Source: Antedon mediterranea (taxonomy: Eukaryota; Animalia; Echinodermata). Taken from it: a DNA stretch of 64,000 nucleotides. Both the position numbers and the translations under genes were made by a program. The stretch covers positions 6,634,001 to 6,698,000 of the forward strand of contig NC_092671.1 in NCBI RefSeq assembly GCF_964355755.1. The letters run 5' to 3'. Shown here piece after piece: positions 1 through 11,257 of the stretch (position 1 is its first letter; the number at the start of each line of letters is the position of its first letter). A model generated the notes under the pieces. That model was not told the DNA's origin. It made no database searches and worked only from the letters and a program-made list of their open reading frames with translations.

Positions 1-610
1 TATAATGGTATTACATCAAAACGGAAATGCAGTAGAAATAGACAATGGTTTACCAATAGATTTGGCAAGTAGTTCCGGGCTAGTAAAAGCTTTGAACAGT
101 GGTTCAGAAAACCATTCTGACGATTTGGAAGCAAGTACGTCGTCGGGCAACACTCCGTACGGTTCGTTACTTGAAAGTTTTTCAAGCAGTAGACCGTTTA
201 TATCAGATTCAGAAAATGGGGACACCAAAGTTGTTCGTCCAAGTGGTGCTACCATTAGCTCAACGTGCAATAATAACTTAGGAACTTATTCGCTTGAAGC
301 AACACCCTTCGGTACCCCATCCAGCATCAATCCGTCCACTCATGAATTGGGTGGTTTATCTGACTACCTCAGTGGAACAGAATCACAGATAAACAATGGT
401 TATTCAACTGCTAATTCTGATCATATATCTGATCCGGATGATCAGTCTGGTTTATCCGTAGCATCCAAAAAGCTGGAAGATGATGAGGAAGAAAGTGCCA
501 TAGCTGTTGATGAAAATGATCATAGCTTCACTACTATCGACCATCGACTAAAGCTTTACTTTTCAATGAGTTTATTTGGTGATGTTGAGGAATTCGCTTG
601 TATGTTAAAG
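1..610 (+). CDS. STK11IP: STK11IP exon (5' truncated): Ser-rich linker plus start of conserved C-terminal domain
   Basis: ORF 5..703 frame; donor AAG|gtaagt at 610/611. Confidence 0.85.
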
Positions 611-3600
611 GTAAGTTTTTTAGACTCTACCAAGTTTTTCAAAACATCTCTTAAGCTCTGTCTACACCATCAAACTAGCTTGTCGAGAGTGAGTTTTAAG
701 TAGTAGGTCATTTTATGTGTGTTATATGAGTTGTGATTATCCATTTATTTTATAAATATATTGATTGCAAAAAAGATTGTTTTAAATTTGAGAAAAAAAG
801 TGTGATGTGCCCAAATATTGTAGTGATATGATGTCATTTTGTCCATGGGCACATCGCATTTTTTATCACATAAAGTTTGATAGTGTAGATAGAGCTTTAG
901 ATATCTTATAACATGCCTTTGTCTCATTCTTTCAAGGTGCATCTGTCATTCAGACAGACTATCTTCTTGTAGATTCCCCATAAGCTCTGTCTACACTATC
1001 AAACTTTATGATGTCATATCACTAACATATTTGGGAATATCACTACCATATTTGGGCACATCACACTTTTTTGTCAAACTAGTTTGATAGTGTAGAGTTC
1101 TTAAAACCAGATTCCCTCTTGAGTCTGGTACAAGATGTTCAGCTCTGCAAAACTGTTTAGACTTTCAAATGTGTAGTATGGCTTAGATTTTTCATTTGTT
1201 AATAACAAAATTGTCATTGTTATTAACAAAGTACACTGCATTACTCTACAGGGTCCAATATTTCAACACAACAAGTTGATAGAATTTGCTGGTCTGTTGG
1301 TAGTTTCAACAAGTACTATTTTCATCATGAAGATTACCAAAAAAGAAAGGTAAGACATTACAAAGATTATGGGTAATACGATAAATTAAACTTAAAAGTT
1401 ATATACAACAAGCTGGGTAGAAGTTTAATTCAACACAACTGTTTATTTTTAATTTTGAAGTTTACTTAATGTTTCAGTGACAATCCTTCTGATTGGCTGT
1501 TCAAGAAATCTCAGCATCCAATTAAAGACCTTCGTCATCTTCACGTTGGTCTTGGAAGTCAGTGCCTTCAGTTGGAGTTTAACACTGAGGTTTCAGTTTA
1601 CACAGTGCAAATCAAAGATAGAATACGCTGTGAGCAATTTGTACACTGTTTGCTAGGTTAGTATTATGTTCTTTTATATCAACTCGAAATATGTGCCACT
1701 TTTATAGCCCATATACCAACTTGCTAGCCACACATCTCACTTTACTAGACCATATGCACACTTGCTAGTCACACATCCCACTTTACTAGACCATATGCCA
1801 ATTTTCCAGACCATATGCACACTTGCTAGCCACACATCCCACTTTACTATACCATATGCCAATTTGCCAGACCATATGCACACTTGCTAGTCACACATCC
1901 CACTTTACTAGACCATATGCCAATTTGCCAGACCATATGCACACTTGCTAGTCACACATCCCACTTTACTAGACCATATGCCAATTTTCCAGACCATATG
2001 CACACTTGCTAGTCACACATCCCACTTTACTATACCATATGCCAATTTGCCAGACCATATGCACACTTGCTAGTCACACATCCCACTTTACTAGACCATA
2101 TGCCAATTTGCCAGACCATATGCACACTTGCTAGTCACACATCCCACTTTACTAGACCATATGCCAATTTTCCAGACCATATGCACACTTGCTAGTCACA
2201 CATCCCACTTTACTAGACCATTTGCACACTTGCTAACCCATATGCCAACTTGCTAGCCATTCATGCCAACTTGCTAGCCATTCATGCCAACTTGCTAGCC
2301 CATATGCCAACTTGCTAGCCATTCATGCCAACTTGCTAACCCATATGCCACTTTTCTAGTTTATATACCAACTTGCTAGTCTATATACCAACTTGCTAGC
2401 CCATATGCCAACTTGCTAGCCCATATGCCAACTTGCTAGCCCATATGCCAACTTGCTAGCCATTCATGCCAACTTGCTAACCCATATGCCACTTTTCTAG
2501 TTTATATACCAACTTGCTAGTCTATATACCAACTTGCTAGCCATGTATTCCACTTTTTTAGCTCAGATATGCCAATTGCTAGGCCATATGCCAATTGCTT
2601 GCTATGTATGCCAATTTGCTAAGCCACAAATTGACTAGCCTATACAATATGCTATTTTGCTGGAAATTGATGCATGCTAATTAACTGAATCCTGTTTGTC
2701 TTGAGTCGTATAGATGAGATGTAACTTTATTGTAAATGTTTATGTTTTTTTAGATACTATTGAAAACTGTGATAATGCAAAGCGCTTTGCTGGCGTCTCC
2801 AGAGATGACGCACTGACGTCTTTGAATCTCCTTGAGGCAGTACACTCATCAGATGCTAATGAGTCTATAGATGAAGACAGTACATTAAGGACATATCTAA
2901 TTGGAAATTTAAAAACATACCAAACAATTAAAAATGGTTAGCGTTTTTATCTTGTTGATTGTGTTGTCCTGTTATGTTAAAGTTATATTTCAAAATGTCT
3001 AATTTATTGTATATTTTGAAAATTCACAACTTGACCATATAAATTAGGTTTAACCTCTGTCTACACTATCAAACTTTAAGTGACAAAAAAATGTGACATA
3101 TATGGACATGATGATGTCATATCACTACCATATTTGGGCATATCATACTTTGTTGTCAAACTAGTTTGATAGTGTAGACAGGACTGTTATTATCCAGAAC
3201 ACTATTAAATCACATTAGTTCTATCACCTTTGATAAATTTGGTTAAAATACAGCACTCCTAGATAAATTTAAGTAAAATGAAAATAATTTTGATGATGAC
3301 TTTGTTTGTATTGTAGTTTGTCAACCTGTTGAGACAACCAGTAGTATAGTGGTCACAACCAATGAATTCTGCCTCTTAGATGAGAATTACTTTTGGCCGT
3401 TGAATTCCAAAAATAGCATTCCACCAAAGATGGTGCAATTTACAGTGAAACAAATTGAGCTTATCAGCAATATCTCGGGCATTGTAAGTAACAATATTTG
3501 AATTTTTGAATTTGTTATTTATTTATAGTGGGTAACCTCGCAGAGGGCCCATCTATGATCAGTGGCTGTGTGTGTACGTACTGGTACACCGGGATAACCC

Positions 3601-4984
3601 CCTACTCATCTCGAAAGATATACTAGGTTCTTTAAAGTGCACATAAAGTGTACACTGAACCTACAGTTTATAGTCCTTATCCGAGAACACTTGTTCTACC
3701 AACAGAACCATGAAGCAAGTGAGCCTCGAACTCTTGCCGATGTTATGGATAATGGCTACGTGATTATTATTCCACTGTCTTAACCGCTCATCCACTCACT
3801 CGCACCCTAAATTGTCAAATTAGTACTTTATTCAACATAGTGCGGTGTGTGCCTTCAGATGTTGGTGTTTTGTCTGTTAGGGATGATCATGATAGCTGAT
3901 ATTGCTAAAGCATCTTTGCCTCGTCTGATTTTAATCTCTCACTACAGCCCTGGTAGTGGTAGCATAATAACATTTAATTTCCTCCGCTCTCTCCAGCCCC
4001 ACTCTGTTAAATGTTGCAAATGCATACAATCTGACTAATAACATTACATGTTTTCCTTTTTATTTAGGTGTTATATAAGGACAGTGAAAATGACATCAGT
4101 GTAGGATTCTTTAATGAGGTAACCATGTTTTTACTTTACTAAGGGAATTCGACATTAAGAATTTAATAAATTGTGTGTTAGATTCAGATTAAACTTATTG
4201 CCATATGTACTTATTTATTGATTGATTGATCACTTTATTTAAGAATAAAAACTCCATATATACAACAAACAATACAAAACGGAAAATCACAATAAAACAT
4301 TCTAAATTCAGATGGGGAAGGTGCATAGGATGTGACCTTCTTGATCTCCCTCTCTGGTAAACTCTTTAACCAGAAAACCATTATTTTAATGTTTTTGTTA
4401 CATTTTTTAGGGATCTGGTGAGGAAAGTTATTGGCATTTGAAGATGGAAACAAAGTCTTCATTGAGGTCTCTTATATCAGCATTAAAAGAGCCCTGGGAG
4501 AAGGTGTTTGGAGTTGATTTACAGTGCACTGAATATCCTAGCATTATCATCCAGGTAAGCAAAATAACCCCTTATTTTATTACTGCAGTTCCTCTCCACT
4601 TACAGAGTGAAACATGAAGCAATCCTTATTCAAAAAGTCTTGTTATAAGGTTTAGTTAGTGGCACTGTTATTGTCAGAAAAGAAAAAAATCTTGGCACTG
4701 TTCCAGAGTCAGAGCTTCAGACCATGACTCTGTTATTGAAAGGCAAATATTTAGAACAACATCCTGGTACTTTGATAGTGCCAGACACCGTGGCTTAAAC
4801 ATTGTAGATCAAGCATGTTTAGCTTCTGGTACTGTGCCAGGGACAGGACTTTAACCCAGGACTTTGAGGTTGAAGGACAAGCTTGTTTAGCAACAACACC
4901 TGGTACTATGCCAGAGTCATAACCCATCATTCCTTATGCTCTTATAATTTTGATTTCAATTTCTTTTTTAAGGAGGAAATGTGA
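1..4984 (+). CDS. STK11IP: Serine/threonine-protein kinase 11-interacting protein (STK11IP/LIP1)-like, 3' part; join(<1..610,1252..1349,1478..1656,2754..2936,3317..3483,4068..4118,4411..4554,4973..4984)
   Basis: Eight exons with GT-AG boundaries and consistent phases. Peptides DHRLKLYFSMSLFGDVEEFACMLK, GLLVVST..IFIMKIT, LHVGLGSQCLQLEF and ESYWHLKM...LKEPWEKVFGVDLQ resemble the vertebrate STK11IP C-terminal region (DHRLRLFLDVEVF..EEFQCCLK; IREPWEELFSIGL), recalled from memory. Confidence 0.85.
652..898. mobile_element. MITE family A copy (TIR AAGCTCTGTCTACACTATCAAACT), interrupted
   Basis: Both TIRs present, with internal tgtgatgtgcccaaatat core. Confidence 0.75.
982..1097. mobile_element. 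MITE family A copy
   Basis: Left TIR, core, and right TIR remnant agtttgatagtgtaga. Confidence 0.75.
1252..1349 (+). CDS. STK11IP: STK11IP exon GPIFQHNKLIEFAGLLVVSTSTIFIMKITKKE
   Basis: ctacag| acceptor, |gtaaga donor, phase 0 to 2. Confidence 0.85.
1478..1656 (+). CDS. STK11IP: STK11IP exon DNPSDWLFKKSQHPIKDLRHLHVGLGSQCLQLEF...CEQFVHCLL
   Basis: tttcag| acceptor, |gttagt donor, phase 2 to 1. Confidence 0.85.
1700..2640. repeat. Minisatellite: 61-bp higher-order unit (three ~20-bp subunits), grading into 20-bp monomers
   Basis: Period 61 in about 1780-2225 (cccactttactagaccatatgccaatttgccagaccatatgcacacttgctagtcacacat), then gccaacttgctagcccatat repeats. Confidence 0.95.
2754..2936 (+). 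CDS. STK11IP: STK11IP exon TIENCDNAKRFAG...YQTIKN
   Basis: Within ORF 2714..2941; tttttag| and |gttagc; phase 1 to 1. Confidence 0.8.
3051..3182. mobile_element. MITE family A copy
   Basis: TIRs ctctgtctacactatcaaact / agtttgatagtgtagacag. Confidence 0.8.
3317..3483 (+). CDS. STK11IP: STK11IP exon CQPVETTSSIVVTTNEFCLLDENYFWP...ISNISGI
   Basis: ttgtag| and |gtaagt; phase 1 to 0. Confidence 0.85.
3582..3802 (-). mobile_element. tRNA-headed SINE with Deu/Nin-domain-like core
   Basis: Reverse complement reads gtgcactttaaagaacctagt...tttcgagatgagtagggggttatcccggtg; related copies at about 47203, 54110 and 62048. Confidence 0.6.
4068..4118 (+). CDS. STK11IP: STK11IP exon VLYKDSENDISVGFFNE
   Basis: tttag| and |gtaacc; resembles vertebrate VLLYRSAPEDLRLLFYDE. 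Confidence 0.8.
4411..4554 (+). CDS. STK11IP: STK11IP exon GSGEESYWHLKMET...LKEPWEKVFGVDLQCTEYPSIIIQ
   Basis: tttttag| and |gtaagc; conserved EPWE motif. Confidence 0.85.
4973..4984 (+). CDS. STK11IP: STK11IP putative terminal coding exon EEM*
   Basis: Polypyrimidine tract + aag| then GAG GAA ATG TGA; short, so less certain. Confidence 0.55.
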   Translation, partial: EEM

Positions 4985-6555
4985 ATTCTCTTGGGCTGTT
5001 GATGCAACCAATTAGTTACTTAAAACCAAAGATATACTGGGGCCTTCAACCATGGAGCTACAATAACATAATTGTGTAGCTCCATGCTTCAACCATTGTA
5101 TGTGTAAAATTGTATGTGTATCAGTTACCAATGGTTTGTATATTTTTGTATATAACAAAAAGTACAGCAACATATCTATAATAATAAACAATTAAGGAAG
5201 CCAAAATAATATAAGACACAATTTTAAAAGCCTCCGAAATAAAAATTGATCTATAACACACTAACAGCTTGTTAATGATAAGGTGTAAAGTGAATTTGAA
5301 TGTATCATACATGGTTTGGTTTAATACATAATGTTTGATATATAAATAAATACTAATGCAGTCCATAGTCCGTTTTCCTGCTAATTTATTAATGGGGATA
5401 GATACAGGCTATTATGCTACAGTGTTGTCCTATGCTGAGTCTGTAAAATTACTGTAAAATTAAGAATTAACCTGAAGAATTATTATAAAATACAGTAATC
5501 ATGTTGGTGTTAATAAGGTTGCGCAAAAATACAATTATTTCATATGTATAAATAGATAATAATTATTATTTTATTGATTGATATCAAAGAGTGAATTCTG
5601 TAGGATTCGATATAAACCTGTGTGACTATATTCACAAATTGCATTTCCATTAAGAGTTGTTTCACTTAAGTCGGTAAATATTTGAGTATTTACCTTAAGT
5701 GGAAATCGAAAAAGTGTTTCCGTTGGCGAATAGTGAATACAGCTACATGCGTCTATGAAACATATCAATGTAAAAATGAAAAATCTTATTTGTCTTTATT
5801 TATTTTAAATTATTGAATTTCTAATTTGAAATTTAAGCTTACATTACTGCCGAATTTGCCTGATTTAAAATATTTTAATATTTAACTTTAAAAATTGTTC
5901 ATATCATTTTTGCCGGTGCTTTTAATTACTATGTGGAACATTCACACAAATATTAATCCAAATTGGGATATTGCTAGCTATCACAAAGCAGATTTAAATG
6001 GTGGGAGTTTTTATACCTCACTAATATTTTTTTCACAAAAGCCATAAATAATGAACGTTTTATTTTACAAATATTTAGACCTATTTTTATAACAATTGTA
6101 CATATAAATTGTTCATGTACCTGAATAATATAATTTGTATTTAATGTCATCTACATTCATGATGTTGAATAAATGTTAACTTAATATTATTGACAAATGG
6201 ATTAAGGAACATATAAAATAAAAATGCTACTTCGCCGATTCTTGTTATCTAGGCCTACGCTGTAATTTGTAGAATATCATAGGCATAGAATAACACGTCT
6301 TTCATATGTGAAGGCTGTGTAATTGATCATACAGTAAGGCTCACCTTAACATAATACAAGCGTCACATGTGACACCTTATTTATGATAATAGAATACAAT
6401 ATGTGGAGATACAGAGAATAATCAGGTGCATTAGCAGGGCCAGTAAATATACAATACTGTATATTTATCTGTTTTCTGTACTTAATCAGAATTTAATCAT
6501 CCTCTAAATGTCTAACTGTGATTGGTCAGTATGCAGCACAACTTAATTTGATGCT

Positions 6556-6732
6556 AAAGCTTGGTTCCCACTAGAACGTAACGCAAGGACGTAAACGCAA
6601 CGCAAGCGTTTTAACCAATCACAAGCGATGGCTTATGTGATTTCTAACTGTCTATAACTTCGCTTGTGATTGGTTAAAACGCTTGCGTTGCATTTACGTC
6701 CTTGCGTTACGTTCTAGTGGGAACCAAGCTTT
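6556..6732. mobile_element. Palindromic MITE (arms about 72 bp)
   Basis: aaagcttggttcccactagaacgtaacgcaaggacg... is the near-perfect reverse complement of ...cgtccttgcgttacgttctagtgggaaccaagcttt. Confidence 0.85.
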
Positions 6733-9063
6733 TGTAAACCTCTTTATACCATTTCTAAACCGTTTATTTCAAATAATTATATTCTGTGTAGTTAGATTTC
6801 TTTTATGTAAATACTAACGCCTAAATGTTGCTTTATTTTTATACATAGTAAGGATTATGCGGGTTTCGTTAATTTTAGTATAATTTTATTTTGTTACAAA
6901 ATACATTATTATTTTAATGACACTGATTTTCTTCATATGCGCTTATAATTTTTTCAACTTAGTTTTAAACTAAACAACTAAATTAAAATATTTAATGTAT
7001 TTCATCATGGAACAATGTATTTGATAGCATTAGCTATTACACTGATATACAACACATATCATATGAAATCATTCACTTGTGTGCTTATAATTAGTGTAAT
7101 TATAATATATATTCTCTGTAAGTGCGTAATTCTTAAGATCTAGACTGTATCACTTTCGAAGCGATTTTGTTTTGTTCAGTCTTGCAGAGTTTTGTTCACA
7201 CATTAGTGTTTTAGAATTTCTGTCTGTTTAAATATGTATTATTATTTTTCTGCTATACGCTGTTTTATTTTTTTCTATACTTTTTAATTATGAGTATTGT
7301 TTAACATTTATGTGTCGTGTTCCAATGCATTATTCAATTGCTGTTATAATCTTTTTATCAAGATTTTTTTTCGTATTTTTTGTTAACACTTTTACAAGAG
7401 AATGTTAGTGTTGTGATTTGTTGCAATATTATTATTAAGCAATTTATTTTTAAAATGCACCTTTTAAGTTGACCTCAAGATTTATTTTTACTAATAAAAT
7501 TAATCATTAATTAACCCGTGCAATTTGTGCGCGAGGTTATCATACTGCAATATTGTTTACAATGTTTGTGAATAATGATAATAAATTGAGAATACGGAAG
7601 ACGTATTTGCGGGTCATATTTGTATCACTTTTAGTTTCTTTATTTTCAACGTTAACATAATAATCGTATATTAGGCTAGTATAATGTACTACGTTACTAT
7701 GCCTAAATCTTGTCTGCACTATCAAACTTTATTTAACGAAAAATGTGATGTGACCATATATGGACATGGTGATGATTTCATATCACTATCATTATTTGGG
7801 CACATCACACTTTTTTTTGTCAAACTAGGCTAGGCCTAGCTTAGTTTCTTTAGTCGAACATGTTTATTTCACTCTGTACACAGCGCTTTGACCTTTTTGG
7901 TCTGAACAGTGACGTCATAAACATGACATCGACCTAATTATTACATTTTTTTATTTTTACCTCTTTTCGTTGTTCCTCATCACTCCATCTGTTATTCTTT
8001 TTACACAACAATGAATGTGTTTCGTTGTCAAAAAAAGGAATCGATTGTGGTATCGAAGAATAAAATGCGTATAAAACAATGTCTCCATGGCAATAGTGCA
8101 TCATCTGCATTTTCCGCGGTCGTCTAGGACAACGCTGTTGCATCTCTCTGGCAACAACCGCGTAAGATACCCATTTCCATCGTTACTGCGCGCGCATTAT
8201 CCGTGTTCTGTTTTGACGACAACGAACAGGTACGCTTGGTTGTTGTGTACGTGATATGAAGATGATTCTTGTATGTAGGCTGTCCTCCTTAAATCGATAA
8301 AATTAAACATTAACCAATTTAATTGTTTTCAATAGTAAGTAGGCATATTATGTTTGAATTGTTATTTTGTATGTTGTGCTCTTTATTATTATTACTCTGT
8401 AGGTTACAATAGGCATATCAACTTTTTCAGATAAACAGTAACACGTGGGTCCGGGCGCATAATTAGGCAAATACTCAATTTGAATAGTTTATCATACACC
8501 TGTAAGTAACAAAACGACTTGTTACATACAGTACTGTAGTTCTGTTAACTGACAACAGCTTGTACTAAGTAGTCCTAGCCTAGTGATTGCGCAATTCTAA
8601 AGTATGACGGTACGGTACAACAGGTATCAGTTTAACTGGAAAAGGTAATTTCTTATAATTGTATTTAAAGTACATCGACCCGGACAAAGCTTTAGACGAT
8701 GAATGAATCTCTCTTGACATCACTACACTATAGGTAACCGTGCATTCGTACTGTTTGCTTTAACAAATCTAGGCCGCTGTGATCTATTCAAAATTACGAT
8801 TATAAAACATGGGTCTCTTTGTCAGTCAGCTGACTGACTGGGACTTTCATTTGTTATGGATGGAAACATGACATGAAAGAACCCCACAGTTTAATCTAGC
8901 CTTTCGCTTAATATCACTTCCGTGAAGTTTTGATTGAAGTTTTGATTGTGGTTTTTCTATGATTCAATCTTCATCTCCCGTGGCGATATCAATATCGTCT
9001 TCATTCCCTTTAAACCTGCTGTTTTCAAACTAACAAACACCAACGATCTCAAATATTACATTG

Positions 9064-9069
9064 TTTATT
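9064..9069 (-). promoter_or_regulatory. Candidate polyadenylation signal (AATAAA) of TGFBR2, implying a 3' UTR of about 2 kb
   Basis: tttatt on + strand, followed on the minus strand by a GT-rich tract (gttggtgtttgttagttt). Confidence 0.35.
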
Positions 9070-11092
9070 CATTTTCATTTTTACAGTTAGTTCGTTTGTG
9101 ACATACACTTATATACACGTTAAAAATATGAAAAATAACGATCCGTTTATCTGTACAATATATTACATGCATTTGTTAATGCATGAGCACCTAATTGATT
9201 TACTCATACAAAAATAATATATAAGGTATATTTTACAAATTAATAAAGAAGAAGTTATATCTACTTTTGTTCAGTTTAATGATATGAGTTGTTGAACACC
9301 ACCTTGAGCTGGTTTGACAAAAAAAAGGTGATGTGTCCATATAATTATGAGCACATCACATTTTTTTGTCTACTAATTTGATAGTGTAGACAGAGCTTTA
9401 GACACATAAAAATACAACTGTTATTGCTATAACAATCCGTTCCTCGTTATAGAAACCAAGTACAGCTAATATAGCAACATTTATTTTTTCATTCACCACA
9501 CCCAATGCCAACACATTGTTGCGAAATCCTCTATGGATCTACCAGTCCATAGTGCATTTCAAATTTATTACCGTTTGATCTTAAGTATTATATATAATTA
9601 AATTTAAAGACAAATTATTACTAAAAATAAATTTAAACAAACAACTATTGATAAGCCTTAATAATACTAAACAATTGTAAACAAACATACTTAATTGCAA
9701 TGTTATAATTACTATACGATGCAAATTTAAAAAGAACAAAATACATTATAAATTGATTAGAAAAAAGATTGCCTTTGCTACTAGAACACATTAAGTACAG
9801 TCATTCTTTTCAATAGTTAAACAATGATGTTCTATTGCGTTATAAACGCGTCGTCACAACTAGGAAACGTTACCAGTAGTAAGTCCGTAATCGTCGTGGA
9901 AAGTTGTCACCATACGTACTACAGTATGTCAATAATATATGAACACTTTACATTTTTAATACACGTCATGTCTTGTCGTCACTTTTCTGCAATTTACCAA
10001 TTCTAAATAACATTTTTTTAGGAGTATGCATGGTATTGTATGACCCACACTTGGGTCCAGGAACTTGGATATTATTATTATACTAAATATAAATTCGATG
10101 TGAGCCCCGAAACAATGAACCTGACAGTAATTAAATTACAGTATACTAAATATAAATTAGATGTTGTAATTGTGTTTTGTAGACTTGTATGCGAGTCCAA
10201 TGTCCAGTCCAGTAATTTCGTTAGTTTGTCTCCTAACTAAAATAGTCGCAGTCATGTAGGCCTATCACATACAAGGCTAGATAGGTATATGTTTGTCTAT
10301 GTCATCATCTCGTCAATCTGTCATTATCATCATCATCATCATCATCGTCATCGTCGTCGTAAAAAATGTATTAAAAATCATTTGCGGTAACGGCGGTAAT
10401 TTTCAAAGGTTAAACCACATTGTCCATCTGTTTTTTACGTTCAATCGCTCAAAACAATAATGTTTACGATGGGGCATCATTCTCAGTTTCATTGTGAACC
10501 AACGATTTCCACAATAAGAATCTAATATTCGCATGCAAAACAGTGTGTTAAGTTATCATGTGCAAGCATTTAGTCATTCATAAATTTTAAAGTCTTTACT
10601 CAAATTGTACATCCGACTGACTCAAGCACATTAACCAACCTATGTTCGTAAACATCTTGGAAACTCAGAATTTCTGCCATTAACTTCGGCCGATTGTAAA
10701 CATGCATTGTTCATTATTAGTCCATTTCACGACGTGGAAATTATATAACGTAGAGTTCGTTTCCTTCGTTATAGGCCTAAAGCAACTGTAAAATATATTG
10801 ACTCAAAGATATATTGACAGTTTCCAAATATCAAGACCCGGCCCGGGTGTGATTTTTTCCCGTAGGTGCATGTTAGTCTTACACCGGTCGTCCGTTGCAC
10901 CCGGCCCAAGGCCAGTTTGTTTAGATATTATGGAGTAACAATGATTACTCCAATGAAGGAGCTTTTATCCATGCAAGGTCTTTGAACAATGTATAATGAT
11001 CTACTTCTCTTATACATCATAACCATAAGGTTCCTTGCAATTTTCCTCGTTTTTAACGTCTTTACTGATCATCAAGGTTATTGCAGAAGGTG

Positions 11093-11257
11093 TCATACAA
11101 CTGTGACTGGAGAAGTTTCGTCTTTTTCGACTAACTGACGTCCATTTATAAACGTAGACAAGTCGTAGAATCTAACCTCGACGCACGATGCTGATAGACG
11201 GGCTTCCGGATCGTCATCCCAACCGTCTTGAATTGTAGCTGAAACAATTTTCATACC
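11093..11257 (-). CDS. TGFBR2: TGFBR2 last coding exon [30 protein letters not shown]...SPVTVV*
   Basis: ttttcag| acceptor, DPEARL motif, TGA at 11095-11093. Confidence 0.9.
   Translation of the reverse strand, partial: GMKIVSATIQDGWDDDPEARLSASCVEVRFYDLSTFINGRQLVEKDETSPVTVV

Noticed and set aside
745-942. Short ORFs with recurring DKKCDVP/HHTF peptides (also 16380, 35420, 45534, 56081)
   Set aside because: These are translations of non-coding MITE family A copies, not a protein family.
4690-4925. Degenerate repeats (gtgccag...ctggtact) that might be tandem tRNA-like heads
   Set aside because: Too diverged to define units or family without alignment.
7934-8143. 69-aa minus-strand ORF in the promoter-like island
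   Set aside because: No recognisable domain or splice support; this length is expected by chance.
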